Positions 1-13,355 of a stretch of DNA of 64,000 nt are shown here, piece by piece. The DNA is taken from positions 45,650,728 through 45,714,727 of the forward strand of contig NC_081370.1 of the NCBI RefSeq assembly GCF_030684315.1, read 5' to 3'. The notes beneath the pieces are model-generated. The model was not told the DNA's origin. It searched no databases and worked only from the letters and a program-made list of their open reading frames with translations. The DNA is from Stegostoma tigrinum. Its lineage: Eukaryota. The stretch's first letter is position 1. Each line of letters opens with the position of its first letter. The position numbers and the translations under genes were made by a program.

Positions 1-851
1 CTGAAGGACGGCACTATGGAGGACTCGAGCAGTGAGGCAATATGGACTGAGCTCAGAAATAGGAAGGGTGCGGTAACAGTGTTGGGGCTGTACTACAGAC
101 CGCCCAACAGCGAGCGTGAGATAGAGATACAAATATGTAGACAGATTATGGAAACATGTAGGAGCAACAGGGTGGTGGTGATGGGAGATTTTAATTTTCC
201 CAACATTGACTGGGATTCACTTAGTGTTAGGGGTTTAGAAGGAGCAGAATTTGTAAGGAGCATCCAGGATGGTTTCATAGAGCAGTACATAAATAGTCCA
301 ACTCGAGAAAGGGTCATACTGGATCTGGTGTTGGGGAATGAGCACAGCCAGGTGGTTGTAGTTTCAGTAGGGGGGTTACTTTGGGAATAGTGATCACAAT
401 TCCATAACTTTTGGAATACTCATGGACAAAGACGAGAGTGGTCCTCAAGGAAAGTGCTAAATTGGGGGAAGGCCAATGATAGCAAAATTCAGCAGGAGCT
501 GGGGAATGTGGATTGGGAGCTGCTGTTATGAGGGTAAATCCATATTTGATATGTGGGAGGCCTTTGAAGAGAGGTTGATTAGAGTGCAGGACAGACAAGT
601 TCCTGTGAAAACGAGAGATAGAAAGGGCAACCATGGATGACGTGAAATTTTGAGACGAGCAAAGAGGAAAAAGGAAGCATACGTAAGGTCCAGGTGACTG
701 AAAATAAACGAAGCTTTGGAAGAATTTCGGGAAAGTAGGACCAATCTGAAATGAGGAATCAAGAGGCTGAAAGGGGTCATGAAATATCTTTTTAGCCAAC
801 AGGGTTAAGGAAAATCCTAAAGCCTTGTATTCATACATAAGGAGCAAGAGG
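1..851 (+). mobile_element. CR1-clade LINE fragment (ORF2 apurinic-endonuclease region), decayed
   Basis: ORF 16-390 carries the CR1 endonuclease motifs YRPPNS, MGDFNFPNIDW and ILDLVLGN. The sequence that follows is frameshifted CR1 ORF2-like. Confidence 0.9.
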
Positions 852-1043
852 GTAAGTAGCTCTGTTTTTCTTGTACTATGTTTCGTATTTGCTGGTAATT
901 AATTTTTGTTTTATAGTCGTGTGATTGAATAAATGAACTATAAAATATTGCAGCTCATTTTGTGCATATTAATCTTATTCTGAATTAAATATAATTATTT
1001 AGAAAATATCTTTTAACAGTTTACCTCTGAATTCTTTCTTCAG

Positions 1044-1211
1044 CAGCATCACTGGACTCCAAAGAAGGCATGTGATTATATTGCTTCGATCAGACCTCAC
1101 ATTCTTATTCGTAGTGGACAGTTTAAAATTTTGAAGAGCTATTATTGTGATCTGTTCTCAGAAGAACCAGACATCCTGTGTGATGCAAAACGCTCTGCAG
1201 CTTTCAAGTAG
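1044..1211 (+). CDS. PTPMT1: PTPMT1 (mitochondrial phosphatidylglycerophosphatase), terminal coding exon
   Basis: Acceptor ttctttcttcag ends at 1043. The frame reads QHHWTPKKACDYIASIRPHILIRSGQFKILKSY...AAFK* and resembles the PTPMT1 C-terminus (W.P..A...I..IR..I.IR.GQ...LK). PTPMT1-KBTBD4-NDUFS3 is the known gene order. Confidence 0.85.
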   Translation, partial: QHHWTPKKACDYIASIRPHILIRSGQFKILKSYYCDLFSEEPDILCDAKRSAAFK

Positions 1212-4200
1212 TGTGGCACAATATTTTGTGGACATAAATGCTAAAACCCTTAAGTGACTCAAAAGGTTGACTCAAAAGGTTTAGAATGGAGAATGATAAC
1301 TGGAGAGAATATGATTAAATTATCCATCTTCTGCGAAGAGCGGCTTTCAGAGTCACCCAGTTGATGTTTGTTTTTGTTTCTGTAGAATTAAATGCAATGT
1401 AGAACAGTTGTACTGATGTAAATATTAATCTGTTTTGAGCTTTTGTTGAGATCTTTGCTATTTATGGACTGTTTCAAAGTAACTTAAAGACTGAACAGGA
1501 TAGTTCATACTTTTGAATATAAATACTGGGTACTTAATGCCCTTTATTAATTTCCACTGAAATTTAATGTAACATCATTTTATTGAGCTGGGTGTCATTT
1601 GTACATTAAATGCTGTATTGCAATGTTTTCAAGGAGATAGCTTGTGTCAGTAAAGTATCTTTTATGTTTTTGAAATCATTTATTGTATGAACTAATTGTC
1701 ACCTGGAAAAGAACAGTAAAACAACATTTTTGTCATTTATGTGATTTATAAGTGTTGGCTGAGTTCTATTAATACCATAATTCCATGCTGTCAGCAATGA
1801 GTTTTTATTCTTGCAGAGAGCTTTAATGTGACTCCTACAAAGGGTTTGGGATTGAAGTATTACTTCAAAAGTGTACCCATAAGCAACATGTTGTTACGAC
1901 CTGTAATATGTAAAAATGTATTTCACTGTGATGCAATTAAAAATTAATGTTTGTGAATCATTTCATTGAATTGTGAAATTAGCTATTTATTATATTGTAC
2001 ATTTAGAAAACACCAATTTTGACTTTTCTTAGTATCTGACGGTCTGTATGGGAGAGTAATTGGTAATATTTAACTTCTATGTAATTACTCAAAATAATTC
2101 AGCTATTTTCCATCAAGGAGAAGCCATACAAGTTTGTGAATGATCACGTGGAATGACACTGAACAAACAACTTGGATAGAGTTTTGACGCTAAATTTTAA
2201 GAGTCTACCTACTGCATTTGGCTATCAGTTGGTTGAAGTTGTCATGGCCTGTTAGGAAAAATGGGAGCTGTGTGTTCTGGCCAATGACAACTTAATTAAC
2301 TAATCTTATATCACCTCAGTTCCACAGTTGGGCTGATTGTGTGTGTTGGATTATGTTCCAGTTACATTTTATATAGAGCCCTTGCCGACAATACCGGGCG
2401 GTCCTTCATCACATTAATCTGAATTGTAATTGTACCTAAAAGCTGTAGATGTTACAATTTTAAAAAGATGTCAAATGAATTACTTTAACACGTGCAACTG
2501 TGAAGATTTGTAAGATTATGCAAATCGTGTCAAGAATCTAATTGATGATTATTAATATAAATGAAATGTTGTGAAGGCAAAATGAAACAACTACGTAATG
2601 AGAATCCCAAACGTGCATTGGGCCAACCTGCAGTTTTCAAAATTTATTAATATCTTGTAAATGTTTTAACAAACATGTAAGCAAGATGCACCTGAAATGT
2701 AAAGTTAATAAGCGGCTCATATAGCATCTTTGAGGCATAGTCAGTCATACAGTATAAAAACAGGCCTTTGGCTCACTATATGTATGCTGCTCACAAGTAA
2801 ACACCAAACTACAGTAATCCAATTTATCTGACTTGGTCCATGGTCTATTATGTCCTGGCATTTTAAGTGCTCTTCCAGATACTTTGCAAATTTTGCAAGA
2901 GTACCTGCTTCTACCACCTTTCAGGTAGCATATTTCATATTTCTACCACCCTGTTGGTGATTTGTTTCTCGTAGATCTCCTTTAAATCTCTTACTCCTCC
3001 TCTTTAACTGGTCTTAGACACATCTGCCATGGGGAAACAATTCTCATGATCTGCCCCTCAATTTTGTATTACTTGTGGCTCATCAACTAAATTATTTCTG
3101 AATAGAGGGGTAACAATTTGAAATCTTCAAGGTAATTGGAGATTGGAGAAGTTTCTTTGAGCAGTATGGAATTAAAGCAGAGATTATCAGGTGGCTTCGC
3201 AAAACATTTGAAGTAGATGTAACTGGCTACAGAAGTGGGATTAATTTTATGTCTTTACAATGATTTCCTGATCTATGTTTAGTTCTACATTCATGAAAAC
3301 TTCATGGGAACAAATAAATCATCTTGTCCAGATTTAAAAAAATAAACCTGATAACTGTGGGATATTATAATTAATGCTTAATCTTTTTTGAATGTAATTA
3401 GTTGAGAGATAAATGTCAGTCAGCGGAAGTCTTTTGGGGGGAAAAAGAACTGTTTTTCACAAAGCTTTTACTAGACATGTAGGGGAGAGGAACTTGTTAG
3501 CTTAGATGGCTAATTGGCTCATCGGTGGTTCACTTGTGCTGACAAAATGGGTTCAATTGAGTTTCCAGCTGAGGTAGACTTGGAACCAGCCTCTTTACTC
3601 TATCCAACAGAAGAATGCAATTGAAAAGCATTACTGTGAAAAACTGCCAAGAAAATGGTTCAGCATGAAGCATCAACAGGCAAAGAATCAAGGATCTGCC
3701 TTCAGGCAGAGCACTTACGAATTGGGCAATATGTAGATGAGAATATAGCTGAACTAGTTCAACAAATCCTGAACATTGAAACTCTGAAGGTTAATTGTTT
3801 TCTTCAAGTAAAATAGAAGAAATCAAAGTCCAGTACAATTGTAACACATTCAGAAATCCAGTTAGAACTGAAAGAGTCATTCCAATTAAAATGGTGACTG
3901 TCTTTTCCAATAGATACTACCAGGCCTCTCAAGTATCAGCAGTTTGTTTTTATTTCACTGTCTGTATTTCCTATTTTGAGGGTATGATAATTTTCATGAA
4001 GTACTCTATTATTCCATAATAGTTTTTTAAATATTAGCTCAAAGGATGCAGCATCACTGTTGTATTTATTGCCCATTCTTAATTGACCTTGAAATTACTG
4101 TCAGCTAGCACTTTGAATTGCTGCAGTCTACATGCCTCAGAGTAATCAGTCAATCTGATTGTCAGGCAGCTCTCTGGACCCAACAGTGCCGCTGGAAGAC

Positions 4201-4251
4201 TGCATCTAATACCATTAAGGATAGAGCCAAAATCTGGATGGAAATATAAAC

Positions 4252-4606
4252 AGAATCATAGAATCCCTACAAGTGTGGAAGCAGGCCATTCAGCCCATTG
4301 AATCCACACCAACCCTCCGAACAGCATCCCACCCAGACCGTGCCCCCTACCTTATCCCTGTAACTCTACTTTTCCCATGGCTAATCCATCTAACCTACAC
4401 GTTTCCGCACACTATGGCAATTTAGCATGGCAAATCCACCTAACCTGCACACCTTTGGATTGTGGGAGGAAACCAGAGCACCCAGAGGAAACCCACACAG
4501 ACACAGGGAGAATATGCAAACTTTACAGAGAAAGTCACCCGAGAGTAGAATCAAACAATGGTCCCTGGCGCTCTGAGGCATCAGTGCTAACCAATGAGCC
4601 ACCATG
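4252..4606 (-). mobile_element. tRNA-derived shark SINE (HE1-like) with CR1-type 3' tail
   Basis: The minus strand begins ggtggctcattggttagcactg (A-box-like), has the V-SINE-like core gggtgctctggtttcctcccacaatccaaag, and ends in a ctatgattct-type tail. Confidence 0.75.
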
Positions 4607-5624
4607 CTGCTCCTATACTGGGGGTCTTTCAGCAGGGTCAGTGCAGGTGGTGCTGAGAGTTGCTGGTTGAATTTGACGAGGGCTGAATTCCAAAGGCTGG
4701 GGTGGCAGGAAGGTGTTTAATCCAGCCAAAGGTCTGATCCAACTAAATCACCAAGCTTCACACCCACTCCCTCCCATTGCCAGTCACGTCCCCAAGCCTG
4801 AAAATTTCAGCAATGCATGAAAAAGCTGTTAACTATTTCACTTATGATCTAATGATAGGAGAAAAATCAATAAGAATTGAAGATGGTTGGACTTCAGACA
4901 CTATGCTGATAAATCAGAGCAGTGATGTTCTTGGATTGAGATAATTGGCCTCAAACAACCACAACCATCTTTCACTGAGTTAGGTATGACTCCAACTATT
5001 GGAGAGTTTTTCTTCTGATTCCCATTGACTTCACTTTTGCTCAGCTCCGTTATGTCAAGGAGAGTCAGTCTTCCTCTGGAATTCTGCTTTTTTCCTGTTT
5101 GAACAAAAGCTACATTAGTGTGGTCAGTGTTGAATCCAATTTGAACATTGAGGAATAATTATTGACGTGGTTACTGCTCTATTGACAGCTCTAATGAACT
5201 ACTGACAGCACTTTCCACAGCGTGCTAATGATCAAGAGCAGACTGATAGCGTAATAATTAATGAATACAGCTTACTCTTGTGAACAGGGTGAACCTGGGT
5301 AATTCTGTATTATTGTCAGGTGGATTGTAATCTTGTGGTTCTACTGGAAGAGCTTTGCTACAGGTCCTGCCGGTATAGGCCAGGTGCTGATCTTGGCATG
5401 CTCTTCTGCACTTTTCAATGAACTGAGGTTGATCTTCTGGCTTGATGGAAATTGTAGGTTGTGTAATATTCTGGACCATGAGGTTACAGGTAGTAGTTGA
5501 ATACAATTTTGCTGCCTCAGTGTGCCTCATGGATATCCAGTTTGAATGAAAGATCTGTTCTCAAATCTACCCCATTTAGTATGACAGTAATGCCACACCA
5601 TACAGTATGAAGATTGCTGAATAA

Positions 5625-6314
5625 AAGATACGTGCTGTCACAGCTTTTTATCTTTCACACATCATGACAATTCTCAAAAACTATTCATGTATAGGGAAAA
5701 TAACATGTTTACTGTGTAAGAGGAGACTGCTAATTGGTTGGCAAGTGAAACTTAATGTCAGTGCAATGTAAGCCAAAGCCTTACAGATTGTATCAAACAA
5801 TACATTACTCTGGCTGTTCGCAACAAGCAAGAAACCGACTACCTAAACAGCCTGCACTTGTGAAACTTAGTTCTATTTCTGTGCTTGGACAACATTTGTT
5901 AAATAATCCCAAATGTGCAAAGAATTACACTGACAACAAATTGCCAGTCAAGCTCACAGATTGGCACAGTTCTATGTATTGGAAGTTATATATATTAATA
6001 CACAGGGCCATATTATCTGCATACAGAAAGAACATACACTGTGCTTGTTTCAACTCAGTGAAATAGATGATAGGCATTCTCTGATGCCTCTGATGCCTTA
6101 ACCAAAGTCAACCTGTCTGGTTTAAAATTTAAACAAAGCTTATAAGTTAACTGTCAGTCCTCAGTAAATAATATATTCTGTGACAATGTATCTACCAACA
6201 AGAGACTATTTTCCCACCAATCAACACTCTCCTCTCATACATATAACTGTTTTCCTTCACATTGGTATTTCTTGAAAATTGTTATTAAGTGCAAATGAAA
6301 ATCTTTGACAAAAT
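5625..6314. mobile_element. Decayed Penelope-like element fragment
   Basis: Translation GQHLLNNPKCAKNYTDNK resembles a GIY-YIG C-terminal region, and the two ends are partially inverted. Confidence 0.45.
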
Positions 6315-6456
6315 GAGATAACTAGTTGTCGAGCTGAATGAACACAGCAGGCGAAGCAGCATCCGAAGAGCAGGAAGGCTGACATTTCAGGCCTGCTGTG
6401 TTCATCCAGCTCTACACCTTGTTATCTCAGATTGTCCAGCATCTGCAGTTCCTACT
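6315..6456. mobile_element. Short fold-back Penelope-derived insertion with 14-bp TSD
   Basis: Direct repeat atctttgacaaaat at 6301-6314 and 6457-6470. Internal inverted arms: gagctgaatgaacacagcagg / cctgctgtgttcatccagctc. Confidence 0.8.
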
Positions 6457-6615
6457 ATCTTTGACAAAATACTTTTTTAAAGCAATATTCAAGTTTAGTA
6501 CTACCAAACAACAGTATCAAGACATAATTTGATCATAAACGCATTTCTCATAGAATCCAAAATTCTGACAGATTGATTGGACTTGACAAGGGTTTTGTTT
6601 TAAAAACAATTGAAG

Positions 6616-6950
6616 GGGAGGCGATGGGCTAGTGGTATTATCGCTGATCTGTTAATCCAGAAACCCAGATAACATTCTGGGGACCTGGGTTTGTATGTCA
6701 CCACAGCAGATGGCGAATTTGAATTCAAAAATAACCAAATCTGGAGTTAAGAATCTAATGATGGCCATGAATCCATTGCTGATAGTTGGGGAAAAACCTA
6801 TCTGGTGCCCTTTGGGGAAGGAAACTGTCATCCTTACCTTGTCTGGCCTTCACGTGAATCCAGACCCACAGCACCGTGGCTGACTCTGAACTGTCTTTGG
6901 GCAAATAAATGCTGCCTAGCAGTAATGCCTTCATCCTGTTAATAAATAAA
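6616..6950 (+). mobile_element. tRNA-derived SINE (Deu/SacSINE-like)
   Basis: Head ggaggcgatgggctagtggtattatc...gacctgggtttg, a central domain, and an A-rich tail aataaataaa. Related copies lie on the minus strand near 12240-12570 and 33000-33150. Confidence 0.65.
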
Positions 6951-7796
6951 GCGCGATGGGGGGCGCAGGAAACGTAGCATTTTCTTTGACCTCATGATAT
7001 CCCAAAGCATTTTACAGGCTCGTGTAGTTTTGGAGTGTTGTCACTATTGTAGGAGTGCAGCAACCAATTAGTAAAGAAATTGCCAGAAACATCAATAACC
7101 AGATAATCTGCTTCTGCAATGTTGATTATTGGGCTATCTGCCCTACTTATCAAACTTATGCCAGTATTGAGTTGGTAATTAGTTTAGCCTCTCTATGTCC
7201 ATCGAAATCGTTTTAGCAACTTGCCTTCTTTGTCTTACTATCTGCTCCTGTTGGTCAGAAGGTGATTGGGTTACCTGCCTTTAGGTTTGCTAAACACATG
7301 AAGCCTGATACAGTCCTCAGAAATTTTTTTCCTTCTTGAGGAGTCCTTGATAGAAATGAGAAATTAGGGTTTGGACCCACAAGAGAGTTTGAAGGGCACA
7401 TTAGATCAGGTGGAAGGTCCAATCAGCCTGTCAAATAAACTCTCAAATTAACAATTATACCCATTTGAGGGTTTCATTTGTGGGAAAGGCCCATGCTAAG
7501 CATGTAGGCAAAATTTCTTACTTGGTCTGGTGGTGGGTTCCTCCTAATCAGGTTTTCTGAGTCTATCTGTGCACCCAAGATTTTACCAACTCCCTTAAAC
7601 TGTCTACCCACACTGACCTCCCAAACCGTGGTACCCATTCTGCCTTAGCTAGGGCCTGCAAACATAGGCCTGGTGAGACACCAAACACTCATCATTTTCA
7701 ATTCCATGTTGCATGCCTTCTCCAGTTCCCCCAAGTACTGAATATCCTGCCTCCAGTATATTAACAAAAAAAAAATTCAGGGCAGCTATTCTTCTG

Positions 7797-7907
7797 AGAT
7801 AATGGGAACTGCAGATGCTGGAGAATCTGAGACAACAAAGTGTGGAGCTGGATGAACAGATGCTGCTCGGCCTGCTGTGTTCATCCAGCTCCACACTTTG
7901 TTATCTT
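7797..7907. mobile_element. Short fold-back Penelope-derived insertion with 13-bp TSD
   Basis: Direct repeat agctattcttctg at 7784-7796 and 7908-7920. Inverted arms: acaaagtgtggagctggatgaac / gttcatccagctccacactttgt. Confidence 0.8.
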
Positions 7908-8160
7908 AGCTATTCTTCTGCTGGGTGGACCACAATCTCCTGACTTTTCAGTTGAAGGTTGGGGACCATGGTGCCTGTTAAATTTAATACTTCGAGCGTG
8001 GGTCTTGCAGATGTACAGTAGAGATGATTATTCAGTGCTATAACGTACTCTTACAGCAGCCCACTGTTCGACAGTGCAACACACTTTAACAAAGTATAGT
8101 CATTCGATTCCTCTGTATGCAATAAGCAATAAAATCAGAAGCCTATTTATAAAGAGCAAG

Positions 8161-8166
8161 TTTATT
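8161..8166 (-). terminator. Candidate KBTBD4 polyadenylation signal
   Basis: AATAAA on the minus strand about 520 nt after the KBTBD4 stop. Confidence 0.45.
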
Positions 8167-8684
8167 ACACATATGTAGGGACATAAAGGAAATGTTCCCT
8201 GATCAGACTTGAAACATCAAGCATGTATTGCAGAACTACATTATTTCTGTTATAAAAGGAATTGATAGCATAATTTTAAGAAAAAAGTAATGTTGAAAAT
8301 AATATTGCTGCTTGCTTTAGTGAGAAATATTTTTGGCCATAACACTTATGTAGAATTATGAGGCTTCCCTCTTCTTATCCTTACACTACTATTCTAATTT
8401 CAAATGGGATCAATATAGTTTGTGAAGCAGTATATGTAAAAAATCAAATGTTGTTCACAACTGCTGTATTTAGAAACAAAAATGTTGTGGCCAATATACT
8501 AAAGAGCTAAAATCTGCAGTTAAATCTCCTGTTAAATGTAACAAACATCTGATCACTAATGGATATGGGAAAACAAGATGTACAATTATGGATTGATACT
8601 GAATTAAGTCATAACACCAAACTTTGACAAACATTCACAATGCAAAACAGTCCTGCAAAGGTGAATTGCAGTTTTGACTTGAAA

Positions 8685-9542
8685 TCATGCCAAAACAAAT
8701 TGCCAATTCGTCAGCAGTATCTCAATTCCACTAATTACTGACACCACAGATGTGGCTGGGTTCAGTTTTAATGTATTGGCATCACCCTTTTTGCACTTAT
8801 CTCTGAAAACATAGATACATCCATTGCAACTTGCAATCTTCCAGAGGGAAGGTACACGACTCCATACCTCTGGGAAACGCAGTCTGGTGAAGCTGTCGAG
8901 CAAAGGATTGTAACAAACCAAAGAATCCCCCTCAGCTACAATAAAAATTAGGTCCTTGTGAATAGCAGCATGCATACGGCCTGCAAAGGGGAGAAGGTAT
9001 GATTTTAATTGGCACGTTCTAGAGTGCGTGTCAAAACATTGGATGAGACGCGATGGTTTGGTAAAGAAATCCAGGTCATTCTCCTCCCCACCCAGAAGAT
9101 AAATAGTTCCATTCAGGTTAACACCAGCAGCACAAGATACTGCAGTGTCCAGCTGATTGGTTTCAATCCACACATTATCACGGACCACATAATAAATGAC
9201 AGCACTGGATAGCGTATCCTGTAGAGTTTTTCCACCGAGTGAATAAATGGCATCCTCACTTGGCACAGATACCAGTGTGTGCTGAAGCCGATCTCTTGGC
9301 AGTGATGCACACTGTTCCCAGTCCATTGTCTCCATATTACACTTCCACATTCGGCGTGGAATGGGGCCACCCACAACATATAAGTCACTGCCATGCTTGC
9401 ACGCAGCCGTAATCTGCTGACGCAATCTATTTTGTCCACTGACACTGATGGCATCATCATCACAATGTAAAGAAACTGCAAGTGAGTGAGTCCGAGTGTC
9501 TTCTTTTCCAATCAGATAAATATGAACAATTTCGCCAATTTC
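8685..9542 (-). CDS. KBTBD4: KBTBD4 last coding exon (Kelch repeats)
   Basis: Acceptor cag|GAA at 9542. Translation EIGEIVHIYLIG...VVGGPIPRRMWKC...DAIYSLGGKTLQDTLS...LLTNWQFVLA* matches KBTBD4. Joined CDS 604+107+858 = 1569 nt, 522 aa. Confidence 0.96.
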   Translation of the reverse strand, partial: EIGEIVHIYLIGKEDTRTHSLAVSLHCDDDAISVSGQNRLRQQITAACKHGSDLYVVGGPIPRRMWKCNMETMDWEQCASLPRDRLQHTLVSVPSEDAIYSLGGKTLQDTLSSAVIYYVVRDNVWIETNQLDTAVSCAAGVNLNGTIYLLGGEENDLDFFTKPSRLIQCFDTHSRTCQLKSYLLPFAGRMHAAIHKDLIFIVAEGDSLVCYNPLLDSFTRLRFPEVWSRVPSLWKIASCNGCIYVFRDKCKKGDANTLKLNPATSVVSVISGIEILLTNWQFVLA

Positions 9543-11984
9543 CTGTATGAGACAAAAAAATTCCAAAGCCGATAAACAACAATATGGTACAGTTTAATCT
9601 TTAGATAATAATCTCAAAATTAATACAAGCTAAACAGATATTTAATTCATGGGAGGATTCCAAAAGACTATCTTCTTTTGCTAGGATGACTTAAGTGCTC
9701 ACTATGACTTGTTGAATCATTTCCTTGTAATCACACAAAATACCTTTGTTCTGAGTTTAGAGTAAATCAAAAAGGTCTTCTTTCGATCAGTTTCTGTGGA
9801 GAATACATACTGGCAAACCAGTAATTTGATGGGTGGAAGGGCTTGTTCCTGTGCTGTGCTGTGTCTCCTCTTACAGCAAAACAGTTGTACAATCCACTTT
9901 AAAATATCAAGTGATAATGTATTTGAAAATCTGTCATGAATTACCTACAATTTTTGCTAAGACCAGTTTTGGTTAGTAATTAAAATGTATTACAAAATTA
10001 AACTTAATCCTAGAAAGGATGAATACTGGCTAAATTGATCTGCATTTTCAAACTGTGGCAAGATCATCTTTTCTGGTCTTGCCAGGAAAATAAAGGAAGG
10101 ATTAGATATTAAACTTGGAATAATCAGAACAATGCATTTGGTGATTATTGCAGTGATCCCTAACAAAAATGGCCTCTCGTTAAATCATTGTCAAGTTTCA
10201 AATTACATTTGATTCTTAACTTTTAGAGGACTATCAGCTAAACTCCTACTTTGGCAGTTTCTACTGGTATCACCATTTACCAAACAATACATCCCACTCA
10301 ATGAACTTGTACTGTAATCGATGGTTAAGGGGCCTCCTGCCTAGGTTTTACTTTAAATATATTAAATCCTGCTTCATTGGTCCACATTTAACTCAGATCA
10401 TGATCTTTAATTAGCTTTTGATAAGTGAACTTCATAAAAATAGATGTACTCTGAGTGGAAAAATAACATTCAATGATGTTGCTTGCAAATGTTAAACTGC
10501 AATTTTTAAAACTGGTACTCAAGACACAGCCAGCATTGGTAAGATTGAATTTCTCACCCGTCCCACTGTTGTGATGATGCAGCTCCTAAAAGGGTTCAAG
10601 ATGGAAACTTCTAAGATACCCAATCAGAAACAACAGGGATAGCAAACAAACGTCAAAATCAAGCTGGTCTACTGCATGCAGGGACATTTGTAGGTAAGAA
10701 TTTTCTCGTTACATTGCTTTCACGCCCTGAATTGTAGAGGTGATTAGGGAGTGCTGATTTTTGTCACAATAATGATGTAAACTACTGGTGAAAAAAGAGC
10801 ATGAAGTTCAATACGAGTATCAATCTTTTAGAGGTGTTCTGGATTAAGCGTTGCTTAGTTGTGCCTATCTAAGCTACTGTAAGTATTCCATCATATTTCT
10901 AATTCAATCTTTCAATGGAGAGATTTTGAGAAACAAGGTGATGAGCTACTCATTATAGAGCTGTCAGCTGTCCATTGATTCAAAATGATGTCCATTCATG
11001 TCATGTTCTACCATGGGTCTCCAAATTTCTGCCTGACTAAATATGACTAAACAGGCTGATTCATGACCCAGAGATCTTTAAGCACATGGACTAAGGTGTC
11101 TCAGGAGGTAGTGAGATCCAGAGTGGAGGAGTGGCTTCCTTTTAACTTCTCTGCTACTGTTGTCTTTTGTCTCAAAGCAAATTGCAGCTAGATGAACAAG
11201 TTGCTAGTTTGAACGATTGGTAGCCAGCTTCTTTGCATCATTAATAGCCATTCAGCCATGCTTCAAGGAAACTTCCAGTGTATCCTTGAACATTTCCTTT
11301 GTCCTTCTGGGAAGGTTGCATATTGAGAGTTGTTGAGGGTATTCAAACTCTGATTTGCCCTTATGGCCATTGTGCTGGTATGCAGGACTAGTTAACTTCT
11401 GGTCAATGGCGACTGCCCTCATAAGATAGAGGGAAATCTGTCAATGGTTGTGGATCTTGAAAGACAAGGGGAGATGATTGGGCACACTTGTTCAAGATAG
11501 TCGTGGACTACTTTTATCTGGCATTCATGTAACCTGTCACTTGACTGCTCAAACTTGGATATTATCTGTTCTTACTGGAATCTAACATGGACAGTTCCAC
11601 TATTGAAGATACCATCGAGACTGAACACTGAAACTTTAGTAGACAGTCCCAATCTTTCTGATGGATGAGTTGCAGATGGTTGAGCTGAGGATGCTTCTTT
11701 GAAGAGTCCTGTCATGATGTCCTGAAGCTCAAAAGGGACTTTTCCATGTTAGGGGTGTTGCATTATCTAGAACTCTACCACTAAACCAACATTCGTCACT
11801 TATTTGATAATACTTCTCACTATTTGGAAAAGTTTGGAATAATGTGTTTCCAGAAAAGATAAAAGCCAAGCCCCAAACTCTACAATTAGCATTATTCTGC
11901 ATGAATTCTTCCGTTTCACACTCACAGGAAATATTAGTTTCAATTCGTATTGGGGAAGGATAGCCTAGTTTTGAGGTAACATAC

Positions 11985-12091
11985 CTTTAAACTGGATGTC
12001 AGGTTCTCAGAGTACTGTGCTCGCTCTTCCTTGTTGTGATCTATCCATGTTTCTATGGCTTTGGCAGGTTTCTGAGAACTAGGAACACCAT
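11985..12091 (-). CDS. KBTBD4: KBTBD4 internal coding exon (BACK region)
   Basis: ctgtag|ATGGTGTTCCT...AGTTTAAAG|gtatgt, 107 nt. Reads DGVPSSQKPAKAIETWIDHNKEERAQYSENLTSSLK, and the phases fit both flanking exons. Confidence 0.92.
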
Positions 12092-13355
12092 CTACAGTAA
12101 CAGGAAAGAGAAGCATATTTATTAGTTTGCCAGCATGTTTTCATATAATCTACACTCGGCTGATTTTTTTCTTCTGGCAACCACCAAGCTTGATGGTGGT
12201 ATGCTGCAGTTTACTCAGAGTCTGAGTTTTTAAGATCTGTTCATGGGATATGGGTGTCACTGGCTAGGCCAGCATTTATTGGCCACGCCTAATTGCCTAA
12301 AGGGCAGTTAAGAGTCAGCACATTGCTTTAGATCTGGAATGGCATGTAGGCAAAACCAGATAAGGAGGTAGATTTCACTTCCCTAAAGGACATAGGTGAT
12401 TCTGATGGGTACTTACAACAATTGTTGTCATTATATCAGCATGTTATTGGCGAGTTTTGTTGAATTCAAATTTCAACATCTGCTACAGTGGGATTTGAAC
12501 CCATGTCCCCAGAACATTAGCCCTCGATTGTGGATTACCAGCTCAGTGACATTACTACTCACCTCTACCTCACCTTATTGTGGAACTTACACTTTTACAC
12601 CCATATTTCAGCCTGGAGACATGGATAGTGATGGTAGAGGCACTAATGTACTTTTCATCACATGGCTAACCAGGAAGTTTTTCCTTTCTTACTGCCTCCC
12701 ATTGGGCTTTGTTGGAGAATTGAAAATCAAGGTATTTGGCCATATTATAAGTGCACATTCATTGTCACCAAGGCATGACATGGAACATGAACTTGGAGTT
12801 TCTGGAAGTCACAGTACGGAACATTAACTTCTTGCTCAGAAGCAGTGGCACTGCCAATCACACCACTGTGTTTTACTTTTGTAAAACATCCCAACAACTT
12901 TCAATGGAGATGTGTCAATTCCAGTACATGTGCGTATTTCAATTTATACTTAATGCAATGTGATTCACAAATCAATCAGATTCTATTGTAGCCTCCTTAA
13001 TCTGGCTCCTTAATGATAGTTTTTCTACAGCAGAGTATAAACGTTTCCAATTTTTTCCAATAAGGGAACTTCTGGGAAGATCATTAGTTACAAATGAAAA
13101 GCAGAACGCTGCAGATGGGTGACCGCTTTGCAGAACACCTCCACTTAGACCACAAGCATGATCCTGAGCATCCAATGCTTCCAACTTAATTCACCACCTT
13201 GTCTGCATGCTCGTAGTTCCATCTTCGACCTGCTGCAGTGTCTCAGTGAAGCCATGCAAACTTGGAGAACAGCACCTGAACTTCTGCTTAGGTAAGTTAC
13301 AGCCTTCTGGACTCAAGAAAGACTCATTATAAAAATCAAGACCGAAAACACGTAC

